Shown here piece by piece: positions 9,658 through 20,292 of a stretch of DNA of 64,000 nt. How positions within the stretch are numbered: position 1 is the stretch's first letter; each line of letters begins with the position of its first letter. The stretch is from Candidatus Moraniibacteriota bacterium. GTDB taxonomy: Bacteria > Patescibacteriota > Minisyncoccia > Moranbacterales > UBA1568. A program made the position numbers and the translations under genes. A model generated the notes under the pieces. That model was not told the origin of the DNA. It worked only from the letters and a program-made list of their open reading frames with translations, and made no database searches. The stretch spans positions 386,979 through 450,978 of the forward strand of contig CP064975.1 of the NCBI GenBank assembly GCA_016699425.1, in the 5' to 3' direction.

Positions 9658-11123
9658 AAGTAGTAGCGAGGGAGGATGACGAACCACAAAACATATGAGG
9701 TGAGCGCAAACATGGAAACTGAGAGAACGAGCAGGAGCTTTTGGAAAGACGCTCTCGTACGAGTGAAGTAGCCGAGGCCGGAAACCAGGAGGAGAACATG
9801 AGGGACGATATTTGGGAGAAAGTAGCGCCCCGGTGTCCCACTCAGAATCTTGCCCGTGGTATCGAAGATACGCCAATCAAAGAAACGGATCGCGAACTGA
9901 AGGAAAAGGATAGAAATGAACGCAAAAAGAAGGACGGATTTGTTCGCGAGAAAACGAGGAGGGTTTTTATCAAAAGTAAGCCAGATTAAGCCAAACGCAG
10001 CGGCAGTTTCGATGGCGAGAATGGTGTGAAGAATCGTTTTGGGAATATATGCATCAAGCCAACCGAAGCTGCCCCAGTAGGTGATGGCGGTCCAGGTGAG
10101 TGCTCCGAGTGACAATGTTTTTTCAATGTAGGCACTGATGGATTCAAGCGGGCTAGCGAAAACCGAAGCTGCCCCGAGATGAAGGAAGTTGGCAAGGATA
10201 TGAGCCGGAGTGAAGATGAAGAAAAGGCTCGTAATAACGAATCCAAACAAGAGACAGTAGGGGAAGAGGTCTCGACACGATGAGCTATAGCGACGGTATC
10301 CTGAAAAGAGTATGAGCACAATGAAAAGTCCGGCAAGTATAATGCCGGGACCCTTGGTGAAAACTCCAATGAGTGTTGCGACAAGAGAGATGCCGACCGA
10401 TTGAATTGTCAGACCAGAGGAAATCCAGAGGACTCCTCCATAAAAGAACAGTGAGAAGGCGAAAACGAGGAGGATATCGATGTTGACGACGGAACTCGTG
10501 GCGAGGAGCATCGGTTGAAAAGCGATGAGTGATGCAAACAGGGAGGCGATGATGGGTGACCAACCGAGTCGACGTGCGCTTAAATAAGCAACGAGAACGG
10601 TTAGGGCCCCAATGGCCACAGAGAGCAGACGAGCGAAAAAGAGTCTGTCAAAGATGGAATTGTCTGAAAACAGTCTCTCAATACCTGAACCGAGCCAATA
10701 GTAGAGTGACCAGGTTCCGGAAGTGTTTGCTGGGTAGGTGTCGATATACGGTTTCCAATTATTGTTCCGAATTTCATTTTCGGCAGGACCTTCTCGTGTT
10801 GCGGAAAAGTGCTGAGTATTGTTGGGTTGCCACTTGATCTCATCGAACTGCATCCGATAGACAGTCTCTCGGACTTCTTCCGAGAAGCGGTATGTACGAA
10901 TGTCGTCACCCTGGTTGAACTCGTGACTTTCAATGGTAGGCCAGGTTTTCTCGCTCGGTTCTGCCCAATGCTGGATGGTGGCGTAGTGGACCTGCTCATC
11001 GGGACCCTGGAAAAACGGTACGAGGAGCGCGATCCAGGTTCCAAGGATAAGAAAAAGTCCGACAAGCGGCATCCAGATGAACCGTTTTTCTACTCCGCGA
11101 GTGGTCGCTTGCTCAGTGGTCAT
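9654..11123 (-). CDS. GT-C fold integral-membrane glycosyltransferase (ArnT/PMT-like)
   Basis: About 12 TM segments. The first extracytoplasmic loop carries FFQGPDEQVHYA, resembling the ArnT PDExRYAE motif. Confidence 0.55.
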   Translation of the reverse strand: MTTEQATTRGVEKRFIWMPLVGLFLILGTWIALLVPFFQGPDEQVHYATIQHWAEPSEKTWPTIESHEFNQGDDIRTYRFSEEVRETVYRMQFDEIKWQPNNTQHFSATREGPAENEIRNNNWKPYIDTYPANTSGTWSLYYWLGSGIERLFSDNSIFDRLFFARLLSVAIGALTVLVAYLSARRLGWSPIIASLFASLIAFQPMLLATSSVVNIDILLVFAFSLFFYGGVLWISSGLTIQSVGISLVATLIGVFTKGPGIILAGLFIVLILFSGYRRYSSSCRDLFPYCLLFGFVITSLFFIFTPAHILANFLHLGAASVFASPLESISAYIEKTLSLGALTWTAITYWGSFGWLDAYIPKTILHTILAIETAAAFGLIWLTFDKNPPRFLANKSVLLFAFISILFLQFAIRFFDWRIFDTTGKILSGTPGRYFLPNIVPHVLLLVSGLGYFTRTRASFQKLLLVLSVSMFALTSYVLWFVILPRYYL

Positions 11124-11172
11124 ATATGGCAGTATACTACCAACAATGGCTTTATGAAAGCTTTTTTGTTGT

Positions 11173-12081
11173 ATGCTTGATCGGTACGATTCAATTCTTA
11201 TCGGTGGATCTGGGTTTGTTGGTACTCAATTGGGTGCACATTTGGCCAGAACTGGTGAGCGGGTTTTGAATGTGTCTCGGCGCCCACCTGCAGAGCCTTT
11301 AGCCGGCGTGGATTTTGTCCCGATAGATTTTGAAAACCAAGAAGCAGTAGCGAGCTTTACACTCCCTCATGCAGATTCGATTATTATATTGATCGGACAG
11401 ATTGGCCCAGGTTTCGATCCTGAGTCCGACCGGCGTGCACGCCGAACTATTATTGATCTTGTGAACGCTCAAACGGAGCTGATGAAAGTGCTGTATTGCT
11501 CAACCACCCTCGTCTATGGCAACAGTGATACGCCAGCGGAGGAATCTGATCCGCTTCAAGCGATCGAACCATATGCGAAGCATAAGGCGGAAAATGAAGA
11601 TTTTCTGAAAAAACATCTCTCCCCGAGGCATCACCTCGGTATCCTAAGACTGTCCAATGTTTTCGGGGATACCCGGAGCCGGGGATTCGTATCGCTCGTC
11701 ATGAATCGAATCCTCGCATCCAGTACGGAGAAGTTTCGAGTCAATGGTGATGGGAATCAGGAGCGTGACTATATCTACATAGACGATCTAGCAGAGGCGA
11801 TTGCGAGCGTCAAAGCTCGTCTCGTAGGAAATGATACGGTGAATATCGCGACAGGGGAGAGTCGGACACTTGTCTCGGTCCTGGGCACGGTCCAGTCGGT
11901 ATGTAGTGAAAAGCTCGCATTTGAAGTCACTCATGAGCCAGTGCTCGAGGCAACACGGATACGGGTTTCCAATATGCGCCTCTGGGAAAAATATGGCTAT
12001 GTCCCTCGCCATACGTTTGCCGAGGGTGTGGCGCTGATGTGGAAGCACTCACGGGCTATCAAGATGAACCATCCATATTAG
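11173..12081 (+). CDS. NAD-dependent epimerase/dehydratase (SDR)
   Basis: Rossmann motif GGSGFVG and catalytic YAKHK (YxxxK). Confidence 0.8.
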   Translation: MLDRYDSILIGGSGFVGTQLGAHLARTGERVLNVSRRPPAEPLAGVDFVPIDFENQEAVASFTLPHADSIIILIGQIGPGFDPESDRRARRTIIDLVNAQTELMKVLYCSTTLVYGNSDTPAEESDPLQAIEPYAKHKAENEDFLKKHLSPRHHLGILRLSNVFGDTRSRGFVSLVMNRILASSTEKFRVNGDGNQERDYIYIDDLAEAIASVKARLVGNDTVNIATGESRTLVSVLGTVQSVCSEKLAFEVTHEPVLEATRIRVSNMRLWEKYGYVPRHTFAEGVALMWKHSRAIKMNHPY

Positions 12082-12091
12082 AAAACAGATT

Positions 12092-13498
12092 ATGAACCAG
12101 CACAATATACTGATTGTCGGAGCAGGTCGAGCGGGACGGATTCTTGCTCGTGACATAGCTACTCACCATCACGATTGTCACATGGTTGGTTTTGTCGACG
12201 ACAACGTAAAGGTTTCTGGAGCAGTACTCGGAGATATTAGCGCGATGCCAAAACTCCTGAAGCTGTGGCGAGTCGACGAAATCATCATCGCTATTCCATC
12301 GGCTGACGGTGCACTTATCCGTCGGATTCTGCTTACAAATATCAAAAACCGGATACCAATCCGTATCGTACCGCGTGATCAAAGAATTATTAGTAAGAGC
12401 GATGTACGGTATGCAGAGGTCCGTTCACTTGATCCGGAGGATTTTCTCGGTCGGCCATTCAAGCGGCAGCATGTTGACCGGCTGACTGATTACTATCGAG
12501 GAAAGACGGTGTTCGTTACTGGCGGAGCAGGATCAATTGGCTCAGAGATCGTCCGTCAGCTTATCGATCTCCAGGCGAAGCAAGTCATTGTGTATGACAA
12601 TTCCGAATACCTCATTTTCCTTCTCGAGCAGCAGTTGAAAGAACGTGGTCAGCGCGATAAGTGCGAACTTATCGTTGGGAGTATCCTGCATGACAATAAG
12701 TTACTCGCGCTCCTTACTCGTTTCAAACCGGATATCGTTTTCCATGCGGCAGCGTACAAACATGTCCATCTCATGCAGGACAATATCGACGAAGCTGTCT
12801 ATAACAATGCCATTGGTACGCGGCGGGTCATTGATGCGGCGATGGCTGCTGCTGTCCCGCAGTTCACATTTATCTCGACGGACAAGGTCGTCAACCCGAC
12901 GAGTGTGATGGGTGCGACAAAAAAACTTTGTGAATACTATATTCAATCGCTTCGAAATACAAAGACAAAATTCAATATTGTCCGTTTCGGAAACGTCATC
13001 AATTCGAACGGGTCGGCTCTGCCACTTTTCGAGCGTCAAATGGAACTGCATGGTTATGTAACCGTGACCCACAAGAAAATGCAGCGTTTTTTCATGTCGA
13101 TCCGCGAAGCGGCCTCACTCGTCATTGAAAGTACGGCGGATGGAAAGCCGAATGCAATCCATATCTTGAATATGGGCGAGCTCATCAATATCTACGATGT
13201 GGCACTCTGTCTTATCCGTTCCAGGAATCATGTGCCTGATGAGGATGTAGAGGTTCGGATTACTGGGCTCCGGAAAGGGGAGAAGATGATCGAGGAACTC
13301 TACACCGAAACAGAGAAGGGGAACCTGCGTCAACTTAAAGGTGGTAAAAGTATCTATACGTTAAAGAATGAAGAAGAATGTCCAGTCGATATTGTCAACG
13401 TGCTGAATGAATTAGAGGCTATCGTAAAAGAAGTGGATGCCAAAGGTGATCTTCGAAAAAAAATTCGCCAGATATTTCCTTCACTCAAAAAGATCTAA
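12092..13498 (+). CDS. Polysaccharide biosynthesis protein CapD-like NDP-sugar 4,6-dehydratase/epimerase (soluble form)
   Basis: Second Rossmann domain TVFVTGGAGSIGSEIVRQL, which is typical of the CapD/WbpM/PglF family. Confidence 0.8.
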   Translation: MNQHNILIVGAGRAGRILARDIATHHHDCHMVGFVDDNVKVSGAVLGDISAMPKLLKLWRVDEIIIAIPSADGALIRRILLTNIKNRIPIRIVPRDQRIISKSDVRYAEVRSLDPEDFLGRPFKRQHVDRLTDYYRGKTVFVTGGAGSIGSEIVRQLIDLQAKQVIVYDNSEYLIFLLEQQLKERGQRDKCELIVGSILHDNKLLALLTRFKPDIVFHAAAYKHVHLMQDNIDEAVYNNAIGTRRVIDAAMAAAVPQFTFISTDKVVNPTSVMGATKKLCEYYIQSLRNTKTKFNIVRFGNVINSNGSALPLFERQMELHGYVTVTHKKMQRFFMSIREAASLVIESTADGKPNAIHILNMGELINIYDVALCLIRSRNHVPDEDVEVRITGLRKGEKMIEELYTETEKGNLRQLKGGKSIYTLKNEEECPVDIVNVLNELEAIVKEVDAKGDLRKKIRQIFPSLKKI

Positions 13499-13503
13499 GT
13501 CTC

Positions 13504-14769
13504 ATGTACAAGCAACTTGTAGATTTTACAAGTAGAATATTGAAAGTAGACGCGGGATATTTTTTCCGGAATGGATTCTGGGTGTCATTTCGTTACGCCT
13601 TTGTTTCAATTATTGGCCTAGCGACGACAATTGTGTTTACGCGGATGGCCCCCAAGGAGGTGTATGGCGCGTATCAGTACATCCTCTCTTTTGTTGCTTT
13701 CTTCTCTTTCCTTTCTCTCCCAGGGATGAATATAGCTGCCCTCAAGTCTGTGGTGAATGGTAATGACAGTGCGGTTTTCCAGGCGATTAAGTGGAGTTTC
13801 CTTTCCGGACTTCTCGGTATCCCATGCATTATCGGTTACAGACTGTATTATCAAGGCACGCAGGAAATACCAGCAATTCTTTTTATTATTATTGCCCTTG
13901 CTTTTGCCCCATACTATGCACTCAATACGTGGTACGTATTCTATGAGGGTCGGCAAGACTTTTTTTCAGTCGCCTGGAGAGCACTTTTTGCTGTAGTAGT
14001 TAATTTCCTAGCGCTTTGGATCGCACTTTTATTTGATGCGTCGCTTACGATGCTCATAGCAGTCTATTTCGCTACGGGAATCATTACTTCAGCAGTATTC
14101 TGTTTTGAAATATGGCTCAAAACAAAAAAGAAACTCCCATCCGTACCTCCTTTATCCGAAGACAAACTAGATGCCCGTTATGGCTTAGCCGCGACTGCGC
14201 AAAAACTAATTTTTAACGCTTCTGAAACCTTACCCCTCATGACCATCGGTTCGGTTTATGGATTTGCCGAGGTTGCAATTTTTCAGGTTGCATTTTTTGT
14301 CTACTCCAGTATAAGTGGATACATCGGAGCGCTCATAGCCATGTATCTTCCTCGATTATTTTCCGGCACGCGGCTTGAGAGAGGGAAAATGATCACTCAT
14401 AATCTGCTTTCTGGGTTGCTCATCGCGGGCGGGATGGCGCTCTTCTTAGTTGTTCTCTTCCCATTTTTATTTGGCGATGGTTATCGAGAGAGCGTGCGCA
14501 TCGCCTGGTATCTCCTCCCGATAGTAGTACTCCTTCCACTCAAGAGTTACCTCACGAGCTACTTTACCGCAAATCATCGAATCACCCTTTTGATCGTTAC
14601 CTATTTGGTCGGAAACGTTCTGGCTGGCATCATATTTTACTTAGTTCGCGCTGAAGGCGCAGGTATCGCTGGGAGCCTATACGTAGCAACACTTGTTCTG
14701 ATAACTACGATACTTCTGTTACTTAGCTATTTTCCAGATGCCGCTTCAAGAAAAACAGCCTCTATTTGA
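13504..14769 (+). CDS. Polysaccharide flippase-like polytopic membrane protein (Wzx/MOP-like)
   Basis: 421 aa with about 12 predicted TM helices, inside a polysaccharide locus. Confidence 0.6.
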   Translation: MYKQLVDFTSRILKVDAGYFFRNGFWVSFRYAFVSIIGLATTIVFTRMAPKEVYGAYQYILSFVAFFSFLSLPGMNIAALKSVVNGNDSAVFQAIKWSFLSGLLGIPCIIGYRLYYQGTQEIPAILFIIIALAFAPYYALNTWYVFYEGRQDFFSVAWRALFAVVVNFLALWIALLFDASLTMLIAVYFATGIITSAVFCFEIWLKTKKKLPSVPPLSEDKLDARYGLAATAQKLIFNASETLPLMTIGSVYGFAEVAIFQVAFFVYSSISGYIGALIAMYLPRLFSGTRLERGKMITHNLLSGLLIAGGMALFLVVLFPFLFGDGYRESVRIAWYLLPIVVLLPLKSYLTSYFTANHRITLLIVTYLVGNVLAGIIFYLVRAEGAGIAGSLYVATLVLITTILLLLSYFPDAASRKTASI

Positions 14770-15923
14770 TCAGAAATTTTCTGAGCTGCAAATTTTCGTT
14801 CGTAGAGTTCAATTGAGGACTGAGAGAATCGAGAAAGAAGGGTGTGGTCTAAAAGAAATCTCTCCACGGATGTCTCGATGAAGCTCTCAATTGGTTTCAT
14901 TTTTCCCTCATCTTGGAATCGAAAAAGATCGGTATAGAAATCGGCCGGACTATAGTATTTTCCTAGCATTCGGTATGTTTCAGGGTCGTAATCTTTAAGC
15001 GGATGATCGGGATAGACGAATCCGTTCTCATTATCGATAACCATCTCCGTTGTCGCATACTGGTCTGTCGCTATGATTGGCATACCATGTGCCAGTGCCT
15101 CGATAAGGACGAGGCCAAAACCCTCGCGAAAAGTTGGGAGAACAAAAATATCATGTGTTCGGTACATCTCCCGCATTTCTGCTTCATTTAGTTTTGCATC
15201 AATGAGAGTGAGTCCAGGAATTGATCGTAGATAGTTCAAGTCCTGTTCTTTAATCATACGAAGAACGGTTATGATGGTCAGCGTGACATTGTGGTTCTTC
15301 TTCCTTAATGCCTCGAAACCGTGGGCAAGCTCGATTCCGCCCTTCATGTAAAAGAGCCCAGCAAAGAGAAGTTTGAGAGATCCCGACCAGCCTTTTGGCG
15401 GTGCTGCTGTTGTATCAACGAGTGGGTACACTACGCAAGCTTTTTGAGCGGCGGCGGTGGTTATCCAAGACGGGTAATGAACGGAAGCAAAGAAGCTTTT
15501 GCGCGAAGCTTCGCTCATAAAAATGAGCTGTTTGCATTGCGGGGAGAGAATTGATAACGCGATGATGAACCGAGCGATAGGATTTTTTGCTATACCAACG
15601 TCGTAACTGAACGGGGCGAGTCCTGTCTCGAGGTATGTGACAAACGGACGGTTGGAAAAAAGGAAACAGCCATAGGTGAATAGTACATCACCGCTAGTCG
15701 TAAGCTTGATCCTAATGTTGGGTATTCCCAAAATGCGACGTAATCTGACAAACCACGAATCCTTCCGTCGCCGCATCTCTCGATCAAAATCTGGCAACGA
15801 TGCGTAGCTGAACTTTTTGGTCTTTGATTGTTGCCAAACAAAGTCGACTTTTTGTAGACCTCTGCCAAAGTTTAGTATGTGTTGACGTAAATATGGCTGG
15901 AAAAGCAATACGATCGGTTTCAT
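14727..15923 (-). CDS. Glycosyltransferase family 4 (GT-B)
   Basis: EGFGLVLIEALAHGMPIIATD (EX7E-type motif). Confidence 0.85.
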   Translation of the reverse strand: MKPIVLLFQPYLRQHILNFGRGLQKVDFVWQQSKTKKFSYASLPDFDREMRRRKDSWFVRLRRILGIPNIRIKLTTSGDVLFTYGCFLFSNRPFVTYLETGLAPFSYDVGIAKNPIARFIIALSILSPQCKQLIFMSEASRKSFFASVHYPSWITTAAAQKACVVYPLVDTTAAPPKGWSGSLKLLFAGLFYMKGGIELAHGFEALRKKNHNVTLTIITVLRMIKEQDLNYLRSIPGLTLIDAKLNEAEMREMYRTHDIFVLPTFREGFGLVLIEALAHGMPIIATDQYATTEMVIDNENGFVYPDHPLKDYDPETYRMLGKYYSPADFYTDLFRFQDEGKMKPIESFIETSVERFLLDHTLLSRFSQSSIELYERKFAAQKISDQIEAVFLEAASGK

Positions 15924-16726
15924 GATCGTGTTTTTCTGAGTACAAGGAGAATGGAATGGCTGGAGTAAGGAGCTAGGAGGCGTGCGAGAATGAAGCTGAG
16001 AACTTGCGCAAAGATATTCTTTCCCGCGTAGATAGATTTTAGCAAGGACTGAACAGGGCCGGTGAGCTCGTCTTTTGCTCCTTTTAGTCCTTCTAGTGGA
16101 CGTTTTTCGACGAGTGTGAATCCGTGACCTTTCAAATCTTTAATAACTAACTCTTCGGGAAGGGCAAACTGATAGAAATTCCCATTCTTTATTAGCTCCG
16201 AATTGAAAATCAAAAACTTCGATCGACGAGCTTTGTTTCGGCGAAGTTTTGACATGTGGGGAAAGGTAAGAAAAAGATATCCATCTGGCCGGACGACACG
16301 AACCATTTCCTTGAGGATAGCCTCGTAGCCGTCATAAAAATGTTCGATAACGCCGAGTGACCAGTATCCATCAAAAGTGTTATCGGGATATGGTAGCGAT
16401 CTAACATCACCGTGTTCAAAGTGGTGTAGCGGAAAAAGGGATTGGAGGCGATCTATGATATTTTCTGCAAAGTCGATCCCATAGGCCTCATAGCCACGTT
16501 CCTGAAGTGAATAGACGAACTGCCCCTTTCCACAGCCTCCCTCGAGAATTTTTGAACCGAGGGGAAGGTATTTTTTTGTGGTTGGATAGACGAATCTTTC
16601 ATGGATCCCTGCGGTCACATGTTTTTGTAACTGCTCATCTTGCCATTGCCGATCCCAAAAATCTGGCGTGGCGGATTCGGCAAAAAAAACAAGTCGATTG
16701 TGTGACGGATCAAAATATTTCATCAT
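15920..16726 (-). CDS. Class I SAM-dependent methyltransferase
   Basis: Motif I ILEGGCGKGQF and an acidic motif II GIDFAE. Confidence 0.8.
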   Translation of the reverse strand: MMKYFDPSHNRLVFFAESATPDFWDRQWQDEQLQKHVTAGIHERFVYPTTKKYLPLGSKILEGGCGKGQFVYSLQERGYEAYGIDFAENIIDRLQSLFPLHHFEHGDVRSLPYPDNTFDGYWSLGVIEHFYDGYEAILKEMVRVVRPDGYLFLTFPHMSKLRRNKARRSKFLIFNSELIKNGNFYQFALPEELVIKDLKGHGFTLVEKRPLEGLKGAKDELTGPVQSLLKSIYAGKNIFAQVLSFILARLLAPYSSHSILLVLRKTRS

Positions 16727-17406
16727 AATCCGGTCGGTTTTTTGGCGCGAATTACCATCTCATTGAAGAGCATTGACGGAAGGTACGGTACGAGAAATCG
16801 ATGTCGGCCAAGAATGAGAACCGTCAAAAAATCATTTATGTTGAATCCAGCTTTCTTCAACATGAAACGGATGAGTCGCGGGGTGAAGAAAGTGTGGTGT
16901 TTGTAGAATCCGGATGTCATGTACATGCCTTCTTGATGAGAGATGCCGAAGAGCATCTTGACGCGCGAAACGAGTCCGACATCACTCGGAATAGTGATGA
17001 GCATAGCGCCGCCTGGTTTCAGAACGCGGCCAGATTCGCGGAGGAGGCCGATCGGGTCGAAGACATGCTCGACGATATCGCCAGCCCAAACGATGTGAAA
17101 GGTAGCATCCGGAGGGGGAATACCTTCATCCAGATTAGCTCGCTTCGCATCGATCCCACGTGCAACAGCTTTTTTTACCGCTTCCTCTGAGAAATCGAGT
17201 CCAGTTACGTGGTAGCCGAGATTCTGTAAGTTTTTACTAATTCGTCCACTACCGCAACCAATGTCGAGTACGTGGACGGCATTATTTGGAAGCCCAAGTT
17301 CGCTTACTGTTTTTTTGAGGAGGTCGAGCATGAGTCGCTCTTCCTTACTGACTGTACAAAAGTCCTCGTTGGCGTATCGTTGATTCTCTCGGTCTTCGGG
17401 TTTCAT
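16723..17406 (-). CDS. Class I SAM-dependent methyltransferase
   Basis: VLDIGCGSGRISKNL…GLDFSEEAV. Confidence 0.8.
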   Translation of the reverse strand: MKPEDRENQRYANEDFCTVSKEERLMLDLLKKTVSELGLPNNAVHVLDIGCGSGRISKNLQNLGYHVTGLDFSEEAVKKAVARGIDAKRANLDEGIPPPDATFHIVWAGDIVEHVFDPIGLLRESGRVLKPGGAMLITIPSDVGLVSRVKMLFGISHQEGMYMTSGFYKHHTFFTPRLIRFMLKKAGFNINDFLTVLILGRHRFLVPYLPSMLFNEMVIRAKKPTGL

Positions 17407-17407
17407 T

Positions 17408-18400
17408 TCAATGGTTGTCAGTGAGTAAAGTTTCGTACGAACGTATCATGTTATCGAGATTGTACGTGGACTTAGCTCGTTTGTGGGAGTTCTCAGACAA
17501 GGTGAGGAGATCGGTAGTTACGTCGTGTATCGCATCGGCGAACATCCTATACTGGTAGCCGGAAAATGGATACGCGTCTCTATAAGGGTCCGAATCATTC
17601 TGAACGGCGACTGTTTTTCCATTGTAGCCGGATTCGATGAGTTCTGGAATGCTCCCTCGCTCGAAGGCAACCGTCGGTAATCCAGCCGCCATAGCTTCGA
17701 GAACACTATTTGGGCAAGCCGACTGGTCGGAAAAGAGGAATATGTCGTATCCCGAAAGTAGCCCCAGCATCTCATCATTTTTTCGTTTTCCCATGAAATG
17801 GATATTGTCAGGAAGACCTTCGAAGAGCGACCGGAGATTCTCTGTGTAAGAACCGTAGATGTCGAGCAGGAAGGCCTCGGGATCGAGGTGCTTTACCGAC
17901 TCCACAATCGGTTCTATCTGGTCGCGGCGGCGGAACTTGGCAAAGGTGACAAGTTTTGTCGGGGGACTGGAGCTGAATGGATTTCGGGCTTGTATCTTTT
18001 CAACGTCGACACCATTGTAAATGACAGTGGTATGCTTCGCTCCAGTCTTTCCGATAAAGAGTTCGCAGGAACGTTGGCTGAAAGTGCTTTGGTAAATGAC
18101 GGTGTCAGCGAGGAATCGATGAATGATCCACATCTTCAGATTGTAGAGTGGATACAGTCGACCGGCTGGAGTGGCAGGATGATACACGCCATCAAGGCGC
18201 TGGACAACCTTTTTTCCGATAAGTTTGGCATATAGAGGGATCCAGAGTGGGCAGTCCGCGATGATAAGGAGGACATCGAAATCACTCTGAAATTGATTGA
18301 GTAACGTATGCCCATGAACAGAGATGCGGTCACGAAACTTTGCCGCAAAGGTCGCGGTGCCACCGATGTCTTTAATTTCAAATGGAAGGAGGATTTTCAT
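17408..18400 (-). CDS. Glycosyltransferase (GT-B, GT4-like)
   Basis: C-terminal LEAMAAGLPTVAFERGSIPELI. Confidence 0.7.
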   Translation of the reverse strand: MKILLPFEIKDIGGTATFAAKFRDRISVHGHTLLNQFQSDFDVLLIIADCPLWIPLYAKLIGKKVVQRLDGVYHPATPAGRLYPLYNLKMWIIHRFLADTVIYQSTFSQRSCELFIGKTGAKHTTVIYNGVDVEKIQARNPFSSSPPTKLVTFAKFRRRDQIEPIVESVKHLDPEAFLLDIYGSYTENLRSLFEGLPDNIHFMGKRKNDEMLGLLSGYDIFLFSDQSACPNSVLEAMAAGLPTVAFERGSIPELIESGYNGKTVAVQNDSDPYRDAYPFSGYQYRMFADAIHDVTTDLLTLSENSHKRAKSTYNLDNMIRSYETLLTDNH

Positions 18401-18403
18401 AAA

Positions 18404-19192
18404 CTAGCCTAAATATTTCCGTTTGAGATGGCGTAGCCAATCAGGAGCGAGGGCAACGGCAAGCGGTTCAAGTATGAAGCGGTATTCGGTAAAGGGTCGT
18501 TGGTAGTGCTTGAGATATTTGAACTGCGTCTTTACGCACTGCAACATCTGCTCACGCTGGCGGCGGGCAGTGAGGGTTCCTTCAGTCATCCGAAAACAGA
18601 GTATTTCGGGAACATTTGCGAAAACGGTTTCCGGGAGGAGACGGAGCCAGAGGTCATAGTCTTGGCCATAACGTATGGTTTCGTCATATCCGCCGAGGTG
18701 TTTTACTATGTCGGTCCGGAAGAGGACGCAGCTATGCGCGAAGGGGTTACGTTTGAAGATCGACTGCCTGATTTCAGTATCAGTCTCGGGTAGCGATAAC
18801 CGTTTCGATCCATGGGAAGAGATGTTTTCATACCAGGATCCAATGATTCCGCATCCCGGATGTGAATCAAAATATTCCAATTGTTTTTGGAGTTTCTCGG
18901 GATGCCACCAATCATCGGCATCGATGCGCGCCGTGTAGGGTTCGCTGATCACTGCAAGTCCCGCATTGAGGGATTGGGTAAGGCCAAGGTTCGTTTGGTT
19001 CTTGATGATCGTGAACCGTGATTCTCCGAAACGCGACTGCCAATGCGTGAGACGAGCCCCAGTATTGTCACTTGAGGCATCGTTAACCGCTATTATGCGG
19101 AAATCCTGAAAAGTCTGCGCCGAAAGGCTCTCGAATGTCTTGTCGAGCGTCTGTTCAGCATTAAAGAGAGAAATAAGGACAGCGCATTTCAT
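18404..19192 (-). CDS. Glycosyltransferase family 2
   Basis: VLISLFNAEQTL…IIAVNDASSDNT, which is the DXD-type GT-A N-terminus. Confidence 0.8.
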   Translation of the reverse strand: MKCAVLISLFNAEQTLDKTFESLSAQTFQDFRIIAVNDASSDNTGARLTHWQSRFGESRFTIIKNQTNLGLTQSLNAGLAVISEPYTARIDADDWWHPEKLQKQLEYFDSHPGCGIIGSWYENISSHGSKRLSLPETDTEIRQSIFKRNPFAHSCVLFRTDIVKHLGGYDETIRYGQDYDLWLRLLPETVFANVPEILCFRMTEGTLTARRQREQMLQCVKTQFKYLKHYQRPFTEYRFILEPLAVALAPDWLRHLKRKYLG

Positions 19193-20292
19193 ATAGAGTG
19201 AAGGAAATCATTCCAGTCCTGCGCAATTGAGACCAGTCCATGGCGGACTTTGATGGTGGTTTTGGCCTGTACCATGATGCTCTGAGCGGCAGCTGGATCA
19301 GTGATAAGTTGCTTGATAGCCTCTGAAAGACGACTAACATTTTCTGCTGGGACGAGGAAACCTGTTGTCTCATGTTCGATGCAAGCGCGGTTTTCGGGGA
19401 TATCGGTCGAGATGACGGGGACGCCGGCGGCCATTGCCTCTAGGATAGCATTGGACTGGCCTTCGAAGAGCGTCGGCAACACGAAGAGGTGGGAGAGTTT
19501 CAAAATGGCGGGTACGTCGCTCCGTCGACCGAGGAGTCGGATGGCGTCCTTCGAACGAAAGGAGGCGATTATGGTCTCTATATTCCTTCGCTCTTTACCG
19601 TCTCCGACCAGGAGGAGTCGTAGATGCGGGAAGTCTGGCCAGAGAGCTTCGAAGGCTTTCAGCAGAAATTCATGACCCTTATTCGGGTGGAGATTGGCCA
19701 CGCAGGTGATGACGAAATTATCCGGACCGATAGTGAGCGTAGCCCGAAGTTCTGGATCGGGAGTGAGTTGGTCAAAGTACCCGGTATCGATCCCATTTGG
19801 GATGACCGTGATGTTTTCAGCTGCTACGCCGATACGCTGGACGTAAAAGTCTTTGACGGCTTCAGAATTGGCGAGATAGCGCCGAACAAGAGGTTTCGAG
19901 AGCCATTCGAAGATCCGAGCAATCGCGTAGCGGGGATGATTGAAGGTGGTTCGGAGGAAAGGGACGATCGGTGCATGAGTGGCGCCGATGAGCGCGAGGC
20001 GGCCGAGGACGTCAGCGTGAAAGAGATAGGTGATGATGATATCGGGATTCTTCTCCTGGACACGTGCTCTGAGCCGTCGAATTCCAGCAGGGCTCAGTAG
20101 GTGGTGAGTGTTGATCGATTCCACCGGGATGCCGACCGGCCTGAATTTCGGCGCGAGCTCACCCGGTTCTTTCAGGGTCAGAACCAGGTGTTCAAAGTCA
20201 GAAACGAGCGGCAGAGTGCGAAGCAACATGTTCTCACAGCCGCCGTTTCCGAGCGAATGGATGAGGTGGATGATGCGGCGCCTAGTTGCCAT
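19189..20292 (-). CDS. Glycosyltransferase family 4
   Basis: GT-B fold with FEGQSNAILEAMAAGVPVISTD. Confidence 0.85.
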   Translation of the reverse strand: MATRRRIIHLIHSLGNGGCENMLLRTLPLVSDFEHLVLTLKEPGELAPKFRPVGIPVESINTHHLLSPAGIRRLRARVQEKNPDIIITYLFHADVLGRLALIGATHAPIVPFLRTTFNHPRYAIARIFEWLSKPLVRRYLANSEAVKDFYVQRIGVAAENITVIPNGIDTGYFDQLTPDPELRATLTIGPDNFVITCVANLHPNKGHEFLLKAFEALWPDFPHLRLLLVGDGKERRNIETIIASFRSKDAIRLLGRRSDVPAILKLSHLFVLPTLFEGQSNAILEAMAAGVPVISTDIPENRACIEHETTGFLVPAENVSRLSEAIKQLITDPAAAQSIMVQAKTTIKVRHGLVSIAQDWNDFLHSI